From the human T2T-CHM13v2.0 reference genome, Homo sapiens: a stretch of DNA of 64,000 bases. A program made the position numbers and the translations under genes. Under the pieces are notes generated by a model, which was not told the origin of the DNA, did not search any database, and worked only from the letters and a program-made list of their open reading frames with translations. The stretch lies in assembly GCF_009914755.1 (NCBI RefSeq), contig NC_060927.1; one strand, given 5' to 3'. Positions 18,404 through 37,939 of the stretch are shown here, piece after piece (the first letter of the stretch is position 1; the number at the start of each line of letters is the position of its first letter).

Positions 18404-18700
18404 TTTTTTTTTTTTTTTGAGATGGAGTCTCACTCTGTCGCCAAGGCTGGAGTGCAGTGGCACCATGTCAGCTCACTGCAACCTCCGTCTCCTATATTCA
18501 AGCAATTCTCCTGCCTCAGCCAATTGAGTAGCTTGGATTACAAGCGCCCACCACCACGCCTGGCTAGTTTTTATATTTTTAGTAGAGACGGGGTTTAACC
18601 ATGTTGGCCAGGCTTGTCTCGAACTCCTGACTTCAGGGGATCTGCCTGCCTTGGCCTCCCAAAATGCTAGGATTACAGGCATGAGTCACTGCGCCCGGCC
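18404..18700 (-). mobile_element. Full-length AluS (Sx-like)
   Basis: Complete dimer ending cccggcc; TSD aatttg(t/a)tctact at 18391-18403 and 18701-18713. Confidence 0.95.
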
Positions 18701-18756
18701 AATTTGATCTACTTTTAACTAGCAATTAGGCAATATAAGTACAGTAATAGTGAAAC

Positions 18757-19204
18757 TGTGACCAGAACACTAGGGGTTTGGTTTAGGTCCTACTGCTCAT
18801 TTCACAGAGAGCCAATCGCTGAGATGCTGAGTATTGCTAAGGAAGAAGGCTTTAATTGGGTGCTGCAGCCGAGGAGATGGGAGCTCAGTCTCAATTCCAT
18901 CTCCATAGCTAACTAAAACTAGAAGTTTATGTAGTAGGAAAAAAATGTGCAATGTGTAAGAAAGAAGGAACTGTGGAGGTCAAGGGAGCAATCATGATGA
19001 ATGAGGGGTCCAAAACCTTGTAGTCTAGTTGTCCTGATCTGATGAGTTTCAGTTCTTTGATACCTTTTTTTAGAGGACCGAAGGTCATTTCCTAAGGAAG
19101 GAACTCAGATAAAATAAATATCAGTTTTAAGCTTTAAGATCAGAAAGGTCAATTTCTATGTTTATCCACAATAAACTATCTATGGGACTAGTGGGTAAGT
19201 TTTA
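18757..19204 (-). mobile_element. Nested related ERV1 solo LTR in opposite orientation
   Basis: Reverse complement reads cttacccactagtcccatagatag...ggataaacatagaaattgacc, homologous to the host LTR; TSD aaac at 18753-18756 and 19205-19208. Confidence 0.85.
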
Positions 19205-19205
19205 A

Positions 19206-19586
<381 letters not shown>

Positions 19587-20267
19587 TATGGTTTATTTTG
19601 AATAAGCATAGAAATCAATCCTCCCATTTTTATAACTGGAGAAAGTTTCATTTGTCTTATTTGAGTTCTTTTCTCAGAAAACCCACCCCCAGGCCTCCCA
19701 AATAGTATCAAAGAACTGAAACTTACCAGATCATTGCATCTGGACAAGAAGACACCAACCCCTCACTCATCATGATTGTCTGAGTTACCACCTACTTCTT
19801 TTTGATGCACTTCTCTTTCTTGCTCCTCCCTAATTCCTGTTTTCCTACATGTAGTTACATTTTATCCCTGCTATATAAACCCCTGATTTTAGTTGGTTAG
19901 GGAAACGAATTTGAGAATGATCTCCCATCTTCTCATCTGAAACACCTAATTAAAGCCTTCTTCATTAGCAGTATTCATTGCCACAAGGTTTGGCTTTCTG
20001 TGCCACAAACAGAAGGATCTAGATAAAACTCCTTGTATTTCAGTAACAATAGCACTTGATTATAGGTTTCCATACATTTATTGATAACAGAAATGGGAAC
20101 AAATAAGTGTTTATAGACTATATGATACTTCTTTTAAGAATTTATAATTACCTTACAAAAAACATATCTCTCAAAGTTATTATCTGTGAAGGGAAAGCTA
20201 TATGTTCATGGTATGATTATACTGGAAAGATACACCAAGGATGTTAAAACAGAAAATCGTAGAAAGC

Positions 20268-20341
20268 TATACACACACACACGTACGTATATATTTAGGG
20301 ATTTTTTGTGTATACATACATATATATATATATATATACAC
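20268..20341. repeat. (CA)n/(TA)n low-complexity microsatellite
   Basis: Visible dinucleotide runs. Confidence 0.8.
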
Positions 20342-20369
20342 GGAAAAAGAAAAGCATACATGAATTATA

Positions 20370-21740
20370 TTTATCCTCAGATGACATAATCATTTATGTA
20401 GAAAATTCCTAATAAGCTATATATAAAAAAATCTTGGCATTTATAAATGAATTTAGCACTGCTGCAGAGAAAAGACAATATACAAAAGTCAATTGCCTTT
20501 TTCATATAACTAGTGGACAACTGAAATATAGAATTTAAAAGAAAATCACTATATATTAAAAAATAAAGTACTTTTGTGTAAATCAAAAAGTAAACACGGG
20601 CAGGATCTATATGTGGAAAACTACAAAATTGTGATCAATGAAATAAAGAAGATCTAAATAAGCCCTTGTCAGTGGATTAAACACTTAATATTGTTAGGAT
20701 AACCTTGTCTTTAATTTGATTTATAGATTCAACACAATTTCAATCAAAATTCCAGCAAACTTTTTTGCAGACTTTAAGAAACTTTTTCTAAAATTTATAT
20801 GGAATGTCAAAGGAACTAGAATAGCCAAAACAACTCTGAAAATTAACAAATAAAAACAAGCTTGGGGATTCATAATATCTGAATTTAAGAATAATATAAA
20901 TCTATGGTAATTGATCTAGTATGGTAGAGATAAAAGGATAGATCAATGGAAAAACTAGAGTTTAGAATTAGACCCAAACAATGGAGGAAGGAAAATATTT
21001 TCATCAAATGGTGTTACAACAGTTGGGATTTCCTATGCAAAAATAAAGGAACCTTGCCATGTAGCTGACACATTGTACCAAAATTTACTCAAAACAGATA
21101 ATAAACTGAAATGTAAAATATAGACCTACTTAAAACTGTCTGAAGAAAACAAAGTGAATCTGCATGACTTTGACTTGATAATTAATTTTCAGATATAACA
21201 CCAGAAGCACAGTCTTTGAAACAAAAACATAATAGAAATAATAGACTAAAAAAAAGGAAAAATAGTAACCTTAGAGTAAACATTTTGGCAAACATTGTCT
21301 TAACCAAGTAATCAAGGTTAACATTTAGCAGTGATGTCAGGTAGCTATCAATACCCACTGACATGATGTAATGGAAAGGACATTTCCTTCTGTTGCATTC
21401 TTTCCAAAAACCTGTAACACGTGTCCAATCCTTAGGTAAACCAAAATCATCAGTCAATCTCTTATTGAGGGTCATTCTATGAAATATCAGACCATAACCC
21501 CTCAAAAATCTCAGTCATTAAAAATAAGAAAAGACAGAAAAACTGTCACAGACCAGAAGACATTAAGGGATTGTTATAACTAAATGAAATATGATATCCC
21601 GGACAAAATTCTACAACAGAAAAAAAGGCATTGGAAAAATAGATGAAGTTGAAATAAAGCCTAGAGTTTAGTTCAAAAACATTGGTGAATCTATGTGAAG
21701 GGTATAAAGGTGTTGTACTTTTTAAAAACCCTCTTTTCAA
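20370..21740 (+). mobile_element. Old L1 (L1MC/L1MD-like) ORF2 and 3' UTR fragments
   Basis: cagatgacataatcatttatgtagaaaattc (ADD motif), tatagattcaacacaatttcaatcaaaattccagc, and L1MC/MD-like 3' UTR aaccaagtaatcaaggttaacat. Confidence 0.75.
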
Positions 21741-22714
21741 GTTGTTTACATAGGAACTTATTTAGATTTATATATTTTCATTCAATATCATAGCAAAAAT
21801 ATTACTACTGACATGGAGAGAAAATTTTGGCTCTAAGAAATTGTCATACCTTGTAATTCATTTCAGTAAACCTTATTATAGTATACAAAATTTATTAGAA
21901 ATTAAAACTGAATAGAATGATGTTTGTGAAAACAATTATTTAATATTTCTGAATATAAACAGTAAAGTAATATAACAAGATATAACACTCTGATTTCATT
22001 TTTAACAATTTACGTTAAGTGTTTAGTGTCATTCTTTTTTTTTCCTTTTAACACTTCGTGAAATGTTAGTGAAATGTGCAGTGCAGTATTATTCCTGTGG
22101 ATTAATGGAGAAGCAACTTCTGCTTCCTATTATGGTCATTCTTGAAATAGGGAAAATATGGTCATTCTTGAAATGTACAAAAAATAAAAAATATTCTTTA
22201 AAATAATAATAATAGAACAAAATATGTATGCATTTGCACATTACAAACTACCACTGAAAGAGGAGGCTTTTGGTTGATGTTAATATAATGCCATTCAGTT
22301 GAGTCATGGGAACAAATGTCTCACTAGTTATCTTCTTATGAAACAGAAATTATTTGATTTATCTCTGTACAAGGATTTTCCATTTTGCCTGCTCATAAAC
22401 TTTCAAACGTTTTCTCTTCAACCAAGATAGTAAAAAAAATACGTTAGATTTTCAGCCAGTTTTTACCTATCAGGATATGTGCTTTTATATAATGTGAATA
22501 TCTTTCAACACTTGTTGGATGATGGTTGCTGCTCAGGTAGCTCCCTCTTGTTCATGTCCTCAGCTCCTCCAGTTTTCCTCTTTCCCTCACCCCTGCTTCA
22601 CTGTAAAACTCCCACAAAACTATCAATAAGATAAGTAATTTCTGGGATATAGAATATTTCTCAAAACTTTACTCTCTAATTATACCTGGCTAATTGGACA
22701 CCTGTATTGAGTAC

Positions 22715-23122
22715 TGTTATGGTCTGAAAGTTTGTGCCTCCTCACCAAATTCATACGATGAAGGCTTAACCCCCAATGTGATGGTATTGGAGGTAGGTGC
22801 CTTGGAAGGTATTTAGGTTTAGATCATGAGAATGAGACCCTTATAGTGGGATTACTCCCCTTATTAGGAGAGAGAGAGAGACAGAGACAGACAGACAGAA
22901 AGAGAGAGAGAGATCTCCAGGTGTGTGCACTGAGAAAAGGCCATGTGAGGATGTATCAAAAAGATGGCCATCTGCATACCAAGAAGAGACCCCTCAACAA
23001 GCACCAAACTTTCTGTTGCCTTGATCGTAAACTTTCCAGCCTCACAAACTGTGAGAAATACTCAATTTGTAAACCATTTAGTGTCTGGTATGTTGTTATA
23101 GCAGCCTGAGCTAACTAAGTAT
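22715..23122 (+). mobile_element. MLT1A-like MaLR solo LTR with internal (GA)n tract
   Basis: tgttatggtctgaa...ccccaatgtgatggtattggaggt...ttgttatagcagcctgagctaactaag. Confidence 0.85.
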
Positions 23123-23721
23123 AATCCATAGTATTAATCTATTAGAGAGAAAATATTCTGTAGACCAGCATTTCCCCAATTGTGTGAGACAGATCTGGGA
23201 AATAGTAATATGTGTAAAAACAGAAAGCATAGAGAGTTCTTGTAGAAATACATGTGTTAATAACTTTTTTCTTGTTTGGAAGATTCACATACACATAAAC
23301 TTTTAAGCCTCAGAGATACATTTTGGTAAAGAGAATCTGTTTTGCTTTGAATAACCTGGTGATTCAATGATGTATTTGAACAGGTAACATTTTGTTAAGG
23401 GTCATCTATTTATTAGTCAAAGAGCATTATCATGTAATGCTGTATATAACACAAAATAAAACTTCTGCTATGAACAGCATTTTAAAATTCCATTTATTCA
23501 TTGATGTCAAATACACTTGAACAATATTTAGATAAATTAAATTTATAAGATGAAGAGATATTTCATTATTCTTAGCACTGTTTAGGTGAGAGCTGCATGT
23601 TGACCATCAAGATAGAAACTAGGTATTATATTACATAACCTATCTTACTGTCTTGAGGAATCTCCTTTATTCTTGAAAAATTTTATAAATACATTATTAA
23701 GAAAAATTATATTTAAAATAA

Positions 23722-24108
<387 letters not shown>

Positions 24109-25735
24109 CTTACTTCATGAATTTTAATGGCTTATTAGATTATAGAATCAAGGACCTGTTGCAGCATATTTTTCTTGAATATGTGACTTGCATATTTGAA
24201 AATGAGCAATATTTCGAGTTTAGGCTAATACTAGGATTCTTCATTGGAATACGGATAAAAGAAAGGTTAATCAGATTGGATTTACACATCCTTTAATAAG
24301 GATAGGGATGAGTACTGGCCTGTAAGTCTCCAAATCAGAGGTCCTGAGAGAATGAATTTGCTGATAGACAAAGCAGAGAATCCCAAGTGTTAAGATAATT
24401 GAATTTTAGATTTTAATAATTCATAGCAGAAATCTCAGAAACTGTGGGTAAATCAAATTGGTTATACTCTTGAATACTCATAATTATATAATGGGGATCT
24501 TATCATCAGGAGTGAGTTTTACAAGAAAAAGCGTATTAGGTCTTAAGATGCTGATTAATCAATTAGGAATTGTGAACAAAAAATATACAGCATTCCAGTT
24601 ATCTTTATTATCAAAGAAAACCTAAAAAAAAATTATAGTAGCAAGAAATAGCAGGAGTAGATTTGCCTAATTATTTATGCCCTGGGTTACTCTGAGGACA
24701 GACTTGCTATGTAAAATATCCACCACAGTGTCTTCCCATAATACATTATAGTATTTTCCCTTTTAATAGAGCTGGGGCCAGGGAACAATGTTTCCATTCA
24801 TTCCGGCTGTGAAGGCTGGAAACCTATGCGATCTGAAGTGTAGGCAAGAGATGACTGCCTGTGAACATGGAATTGCATGCTGGTGATGCGGTAGATAACA
24901 CAAGGTTTAAACACAAACATATATTTTGATAAATACTTTGTAAGGAGTTTCAATTAGTTTGGCAAAATATGTTGCACATCTCAGAAAATAATTTATCAAA
25001 ATATACGTTTCAACAAAAGTTTCTGTTAAAATTACATGAAACATCAAATTATAAAATTTTTCAGCAAATTACCGGCTAAGAGCCTTAGGTTTTAGAATAA
25101 GTGTTTAGTAATTTTGGAGAGGCCTTTTTGTATAGTAGATTAGAAAAACTATCAGGCAACTATATTATTTTTTAAATTATGAAGCAGGAATGATAGTACT
25201 CATTATGAGATGTCAAAGTATGAGCCATGGTTTAGTTTGGACTTAAAAGATAATGAAGTATTGCCACGGACAGTTGTACATTATCTGTTCTATTATGTAA
25301 CATTTGAATTGAAAATCATTAAACATTATAAATAAAAACATAAATGCAATGCATTGCCTAGAATTATATTACTTAATGATATCATGTGATTTAGCTGTGA
25401 GATAAAAATGAAAAGAAACAAATATACTGTAAATTTTTTATGTGTACACCTACAGTGTTCTTAGATGCAGTCTTGATTTGAGTTGTAGTATAGTTTTTGT
25501 AAATTATTAACATATTTATTTTATTATTAAGGATTTGTTAACAGAAGATGAAGTGGGAAAATTGAGTGAAATTATATTTGTTAAGTGTGTCTCAGCTCAT
25601 TCTTTTCTAGGCTAAGTAGCATGATTGCCAATTATTTTTACGTTTGTTATATTCAGAGCTAAATCATGAAATAAATGTTTCATTTTCATTTTTTCAGCAA
25701 ACTTGATAAATTTTATGTGTTTTTTAAAATTTTCT

Positions 25736-28700
25736 TTATTTTTATTTTTTGTGGGTACAGAGTTGGTGTATTTATTATGGGGTACTTGAGATGTTTTGAT
25801 ACAGGCATGTAGTGTGAAATAAACATATCATGGACAATGGGGTATCCATCTCCTCAAACATTTAACCTTTGAGTTATAAACAATCCAATTACACTCTATT
25901 TTTAAATGTACAATTATTATTGACTATAGTCACCCTATTGTGCTATCAAGTAGTTGATCTTATTCATTATTTCTGTTTTTTGTACCCATTAACCATCTCC
26001 AACTCCTCCCCAGCCCACAACCCTTCTGTGCTTCTAAAAACTGTCCTTCTACTCTCTATATCCGTGAGTTTGTTTTGATTATTAGATTCTACAAATGAGA
26101 GAGAACCTGTGATATTTGTCTTCCTGTGGCTGGCTTATTTCACTTGACATGATGATCTCCAGTTCTATCCATGTTTCTCTAATGACTGCATTTCATTCCT
26201 TTTTATGGCTGAATAGCACTACATAGTGAATATGTACCACATTTTCTCTACACATTCATCTGTTGATGGACATGTAAGTTTCTTCCAAATCTTAGCTATT
26301 GTGAACAGTGCGGCAACTAACATAGGAGTGCAGATATCTCTTTGATATAATGATTTCCTTTCTTTGAGGTATATACCTAGCATTGTGATGTTGGATCATG
26401 TGGTAGCTCAATTTTTAGTTTTTTGAGGAACCTGCAAACTGTTCTCCATAGTGATTGTACTGATTTACATTCCCACTAACAGTATGTAAGGGTTCCTTTT
26501 TTCCACATCCTTGATTGCATTTGTTACTGCCTGTATTTTGGATAGAAGCCATTTTAACTGGAGTGGGATGATAATAATCTCATTATAGTTTTGATTTACA
26601 TTGCCCAATAATATTGAGTATGTTTTTATATGTCTGCCATTTTTATGTATTCTTTTGAAAAAATGTCGATTAAAATCATTTGCCCATATTTTGACTGGAT
26701 TATTAGATTTTTTTCCTATAGAATTATTTGAGCTCCTTACATATTCTGGTTATTATTCCCTTGCCAGATGAGGAGTTTGCAGATAAATTCTCCCATTCTG
26801 TGGTTTGTCTTTTTACTGAATTGATTGTATTGTTTTCTGTGCAGAAGCTTTTTAACTTAATGTGGTCCCATCTATCCATTTTTGTTTTGGGTCCCTGTAT
26901 TTGTAGAGATCTTTGCCCAGAACAATGTAATGCAGATTGTCCTCAAAGTTTTTTTGAAGTAATTTTATAGTTTGAGGTTTTTGATTTAAGTCTTTAATTC
27001 AATTTGATTTGATCTTTCTATATATAGAGAGATGGGGATCTAGTTTTATTCTTCTGCGTATGGATATCCTGTTTTCCTAGCATAATTTATATAAGAGACT
27101 GTCCTTTCCACAGTATATGTTCTTGGCAATTTTTTCAAAAATGGATTTACTGTCAGTGTGTGAATGTGTTTCTTGGTTCTCTATTCTGTTCTGTCCCATT
27201 GGTCTATGTGTTGTCTATTCTATTCTGTTCCATTGGTCTATGTGTCTTTTTTTTTTTTTTTATCCCAGTACCATGCTGTTTTGTTTACTAGCTCTGTAGT
27301 ACAATTTGAAGTCAGGTAATGTGATCCCTCCAGTTTTGTTCTTATTGCTCAGAATAGCTTTGGCTATTCTGGGTCTTTTTTAGTGCTATATAAATTTTAG
27401 GATTGTTTTTTCCGTTTCTGTAAAGAATGTTGGTATTTTAACAGGGATTGTATGGAATCTGTAGATTGCTTTGGGTATGTATGGACATTTCACAATATTG
27501 ATAATTCCAATACATTAAAATGAAATATCTTTTAATTTTTTGGTGTCCTTTTCAAATTTTTTGATCAATGATTCATAGTTTTTATTATAGAGATCTTTTC
27601 TTTGGTTATTTTCTAGGAATTTAATTTTATATATGGCTGTTGTAAATTGGATTTTTTTTTATTTCTTGTTTGCCTTGTTTACTGTTGGAATACAGAAATA
27701 CTACTGATTTTTATATGCTGATTTTATATCCTGAAACTTTACTAAATTTGTTTATCAATGCTCATAGTTTCATTCACAGTATCTTTAGATTTGTCCAAAT
27801 ATCATGCTATCTGCAAACAAGGATAAATTGACTACTTTCATTCCAATTTAGTTGTCTTTTATATCTTTCTCTTGTGTGATTGCTCTAGCTAGGACTTCCA
27901 GTACTATGTTGAATGATAGTGGTGACAGTGGGCATCCTTGTCATGTTCCAGATCTTAGATAAAATGCTTTCGCTTTTTTCCCTATTCAGTATGATATTAT
28001 CTGTGGGTCAAATGTCTTTTCAGCATCAATTGAAATGATCAAATGGTTATCATTTTTCATTCTGTTGATATGATGTATCACATTGATTGATTTGCATATG
28101 TGGAACCATCCTTGCATCCCAGGGATAAATTCCGCTTGGTCATGGTGGAGTGATCTTTTTTAATGTACTGTTCAATTCAGATTGCTAGTATTTCAATGAG
28201 AATTTTTACATCAGTATTCATCAGATATATTAGCCTATAGTTTTCTGTTTTGTATGTATCTTTGTCTGGTTTGCGTATCATGGTTATACTGACCTGGTAG
28301 AATGACTATTTCCTCTCCCCTATTTTTCAGAATAGATTGAGTAGGATTGGTACTAATTTTTCTTTGAATGTTTGGTAGAATTCAGCCATGAATCCATTGG
28401 GCCCTGGAGTGTTGTTGTCGTTGTAGTTTTTGCCTGAAGATTTTTTTATTACAAATTCAATCTTGTTAATTGTTATTTAATTTTGTTAGGTTGTATGTTT
28501 CCAGGAATTTGCTCATTTCTTCTAGATTGGTTTTTGGTTTGAGGTTCCCATGATGCTTGCAAATACTCTTATAACCCATTATTTTAGGCTAATATCAACT
28601 GAGTTCTGTTTATATAGACAAACAAGAAAAAAAAAAACTAGTAAAAAATCATCACCTTAACTTTATACCTGCCCCACCTCCCACTTTTAATATTTTTGTT

Positions 28701-29172
28701 GTTTCTTTTTATATCTTATCGTATTATCTATGTCTTGAAAAGTTGTAGTTATTTTTTGATTGGATCATCAATTAGAGTTTCTACTTAGAGTAAGAATAGT
28801 TTAAACACCACAGTTACAGTGTTATAAGATTCTGTATTTTTCTGTGTACTTACTATCACCAGTGAATTTTGAACCTTCAGGTGATTACTTTTTGCTGATT
28901 AATGACCATTTCTTTTTAATTGAAGTATTCGAAATACTCTCTTTTGCATTTCTTGTAGGACAGACCTGGTGTTAATGAATTCCCTCAGCTTTTGTTTGTC
29001 TGTGAATTTCTTTATTTCTTCTTCATGTTTGAAGGATATTTTCACCAGATATACTATTCTATGATAAAAGTATTTGCCTTTAACACTTTAAATATGTCAT
29101 GCCACTCTCTACTGATCTGTAAGATTTGCATGGAAAAGTCTGCTGCCAGAGTCATTGGAGCTCTAATGTACT

Positions 29173-29219
<47 letters not shown>

Positions 29220-31950
29220 TTTTTGGTCTTGCTGATTTTAGAATCCCTTCTTTATCCTTCACCTTTCGGAGTTTGATTATTAAATGCCTTGAAGTAGTGT
29301 TCTTCCAGTTAAATCTGCTTGGTATTCTATTACCTTCTATTTGACTATTGATATCTTTCTCTAAGTTTCTGAAATTTTCTGTTATTATGCCTTTGAAAAA
29401 ACTTTCTACCCTTAACTCTTTCTCCACCTCCCTTTAAGGCCAATAACTCCTAATTTGTTTGTTTGTTTGTCTTTGAGGCCATCTTCTAGATGTTGTAGGT
29501 GTTCTTACCTCTTTTTCTTCTTTTTTCTTTTGTCTCCTTCAACTATGTATTTTCTAATATCCTGTCTTCAGGCTCCCCAATTCTTTTTTCCACTTAATCA
29601 ATTCTGCTATTAAAGGACTTTTACGGATTCTTCAGTATGCCAATTACATTTTTTAGCTCCAATATTTCTGCTTAATTCTTTTTAATTTCTTCAATCTCTT
29701 TGTCAAATTTATCTGATGGAATTCTGAATTCATTTTCTGTGTTATCTTGAATTTCTTTGAGTTTCCTCAACACAGCTCTTTTGAATTCTCTGTCTTAAAG
29801 GTCACATATCTCTGTTTCTCCAGGATTGGTCCCTGATCTGTTACCTAGTTTATTTGGTGTAGTCATGTTTTCCTGAATGGTGTTGATGCTAGTAGATGTT
29901 CTTCAGTGTCTGGGCATTGAAGAATTAGGTATTTATTGTAGTCTTGACTGTAGAACTTATTTTGCAGCCATCTTTCTTGGGAAGAGTTTCTAGATATGTG
30001 AAAAGGCTTGGGTGCTATGATCTAAGCTATATCTCCTTTATGGTGCATGCCAAGGGCAGTAATGTAGTTCTTGCGGACTTACAGAGATACTGCTTTGATG
30101 GTCTTGGACAAGTTCTGGGAAAATTATCTGTATTTCCAGGCAGAGATTCTTGTTCTCTTCCCTTACTTTCTACTAAATGAACGGAGTTTCTCTCTCTGTT
30201 CTGACCCACCTAAAGCTGGGGGTGGAGTGGCATACACATCCTTGTGGCCACCACCACTTTGGGTGCACTGGGTCAGACCTGAAGCCAGCACAGCACTTGA
30301 TCTCACCCAAGGCCTGTTATAACCACTACCTGGCTACTGCCTATGTTTGCTCAAGGCCCTGGGGCTCTATAATTAGTCAGTGCCAAAGAAAAGTCAGATC
30401 TTTGTTATTCCTGTCAGGGTGCCAGGTCCCCTAGGCCCCAGAGGGGTCCAGAGTTGCTGCCTATCAGTCAAGGACTACAGATAAAAACCTTAGAAGTCTA
30501 CCCGGTGTTCTGTTGTACTGCTGGAGGGCTGGCACTCTAACCACAACATGCAATCCTTCCCAGTCTTTCCTTTTCTTTCTAAAGGCAGAAGAGCCTTACC
30601 CCTTAGCCACTGCCACCCCAGGCCAAAAGGAATACTGCCAAACTATAGGTGATGCTCCCTTAAGGCCAAAGGTCTCTTAAGTCAGCTTCTGTTGAATGCT
30701 GCCTGTCCTGGCACTCATCTTTCAGGGCAGTGAGCTTCCCTCTGGCCCAGCACCAGTCAAGGTATGCCATCCAAGAGTCAAGTACTGGAATTAAGAACAC
30801 CAAGAGCCTGCTGTAAACCCCTGTGGCTGTGATGGTACCTAAGGTTCAAGACCAAGTCCCCTTTACTTTTCCTCTGCTTTTCTCAAATAGAAGGGGTTTT
30901 GCTCATTACTACTGCAGTTGGTAATGTGCTGAGTCTCCCCTGAAGCCAGCAAGTCTCAGAAGCTCACCCAAGGCACTCAACATAATACCTTGATATTGCT
31001 GCTGGTTATTCAAAGCCCAAAGAATCTTCAGTTAGCAAATGATGAATGCTGTCAGAAACAGGTTTTTTTCTTTAAAGCAATGAGTTCTCCTCTTGCCCAT
31101 GGTTTGTCTAAAAACGTCATCTGGCTGCTAAGGTCTGCAAGGCAGGGGCTTCAAACTCTGACCAGTGCCCTATCTTCCCATGGTTGAGCTGGTATCCAAG
31201 GTGCAAGACAAAGTCCTTCTCAATCTTCTCTCTCGTCTCCTCAAGTAGAAGGAAAAGGTCTCCTTTGCAGGCATGAGCTGTTCAATCTGGGGTTAGGAAA
31301 TGTGGGGATGCCAACCCTTCCTTAGCTGCCCTGGCTGGTGTCTCAGTATGCCATGTGTCCTCACAATGCACTGTCTCTTGGCCTAGTTCAGCACCAAGAC
31401 TCGCCTACAAGTTGCAGACCTTACGGTCTAGACTGCCTTTTGTGCTTACTTAGAGACAAATATCTGCCTTTCATGTTTACTTAGAGACAAAGAGCACTGT
31501 AGCCCTCAGGGCTACTTGAGTGGAACTCAAGTTCCACTCGCTGTGATCCAAAATTCCACTCTGGGTAGGCCTAGTTTAAATGCTCCTTCTGTGGGTGAGC
31601 ATCAGCCATCAGTCTGTTTTTCCTTTCTGATCTAACAGAAAAGAACTGAGTTTAGGGCCTGACAATTTCTGTGTTCTCTCCCTTACAGCATTCAGAGATG
31701 ACCGCCACAGCACTTTGCTGCTGCTGGGGGTGGGGGAGGAATAACATCTCATTTCATGACTGTGTTTTCTTTCTCTTCAATGCCTCTTTCAGTGATATGA
31801 AGTTAAAACCGGGTACTATGAGTCCTTACCAGATTATAGGTTATTATATAGGTTTTTTCTTCTCTGTAGATAGTGGTTATTTTGATGTCCTTTGTTGGGG
31901 GACAATCCATGAAGACTTCCATTCTGCCATCTTGTTCCAACTCTCTGAAC
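25736..31950 (-). mobile_element. L1MA2-like LINE-1, end to end with internal deletions
   Basis: L1MA1/2-type 3' UTR (tttttgtgggtacag...ggggtatccatc); ORF2 to about 28530; ORF1 remnant 29209-29427; repeat-containing 5' UTR ending attctgccatcttg; probable TSD at 25718-25735 and 31951-31968 (15/18 identical). Confidence 0.88.
29173..29222. repeat. (TTTA)n microsatellite
   Basis: About 12 units. Confidence 0.95.
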
Positions 31951-32536
31951 TGTTCATTAAAACTTTCTAATGTGTCATTTGAGGTCTAAGACTACTTAAA
32001 CATGAAGAAAGACAACCTGGATTGTTGCACCTGGAACCAGAATCTTATAGCATCTACGATCTTTACATGAGGTGCATTTCTCAGTATAAAATTTAAAAGA
32101 AAACAGGTTTTTGAGAATCATCCTAAGCCATGTGTGTAATTTAAACCTGCTCTTTTTGGAAAATATCTGTACCTTTAGATAATTAGAGGTGGTTATAGGT
32201 TGTATCTTTCTTCTATTGTATTCCTGTTAGGTAGTTTGTAACAGAGCAAGTTTCATCGTTCATGTAGAAATTATTTCACATAAGCAACCTTTTTTATTTT
32301 TCATTTTTAACAAGCAGGCAGAGTCTTTCCTGTAACTTTAGTGAATTGTATCCCTGCTTACACAAAAGATGTTTGAAGTAAATGAAATTTCATAATAAGA
32401 AGATAAGCCAATTTCTCAGTCATGTTGGGAAACAGAATAGGAAGACATAAAGTGATATTCTTAATCTCCAGTCACTTTCTTAGGTTCAAATCCAGCTATA
32501 GTCCCCTGATGCACCTTGACCATGGGTGCATCATCA

Positions 32537-37939
<5,403 letters not shown>

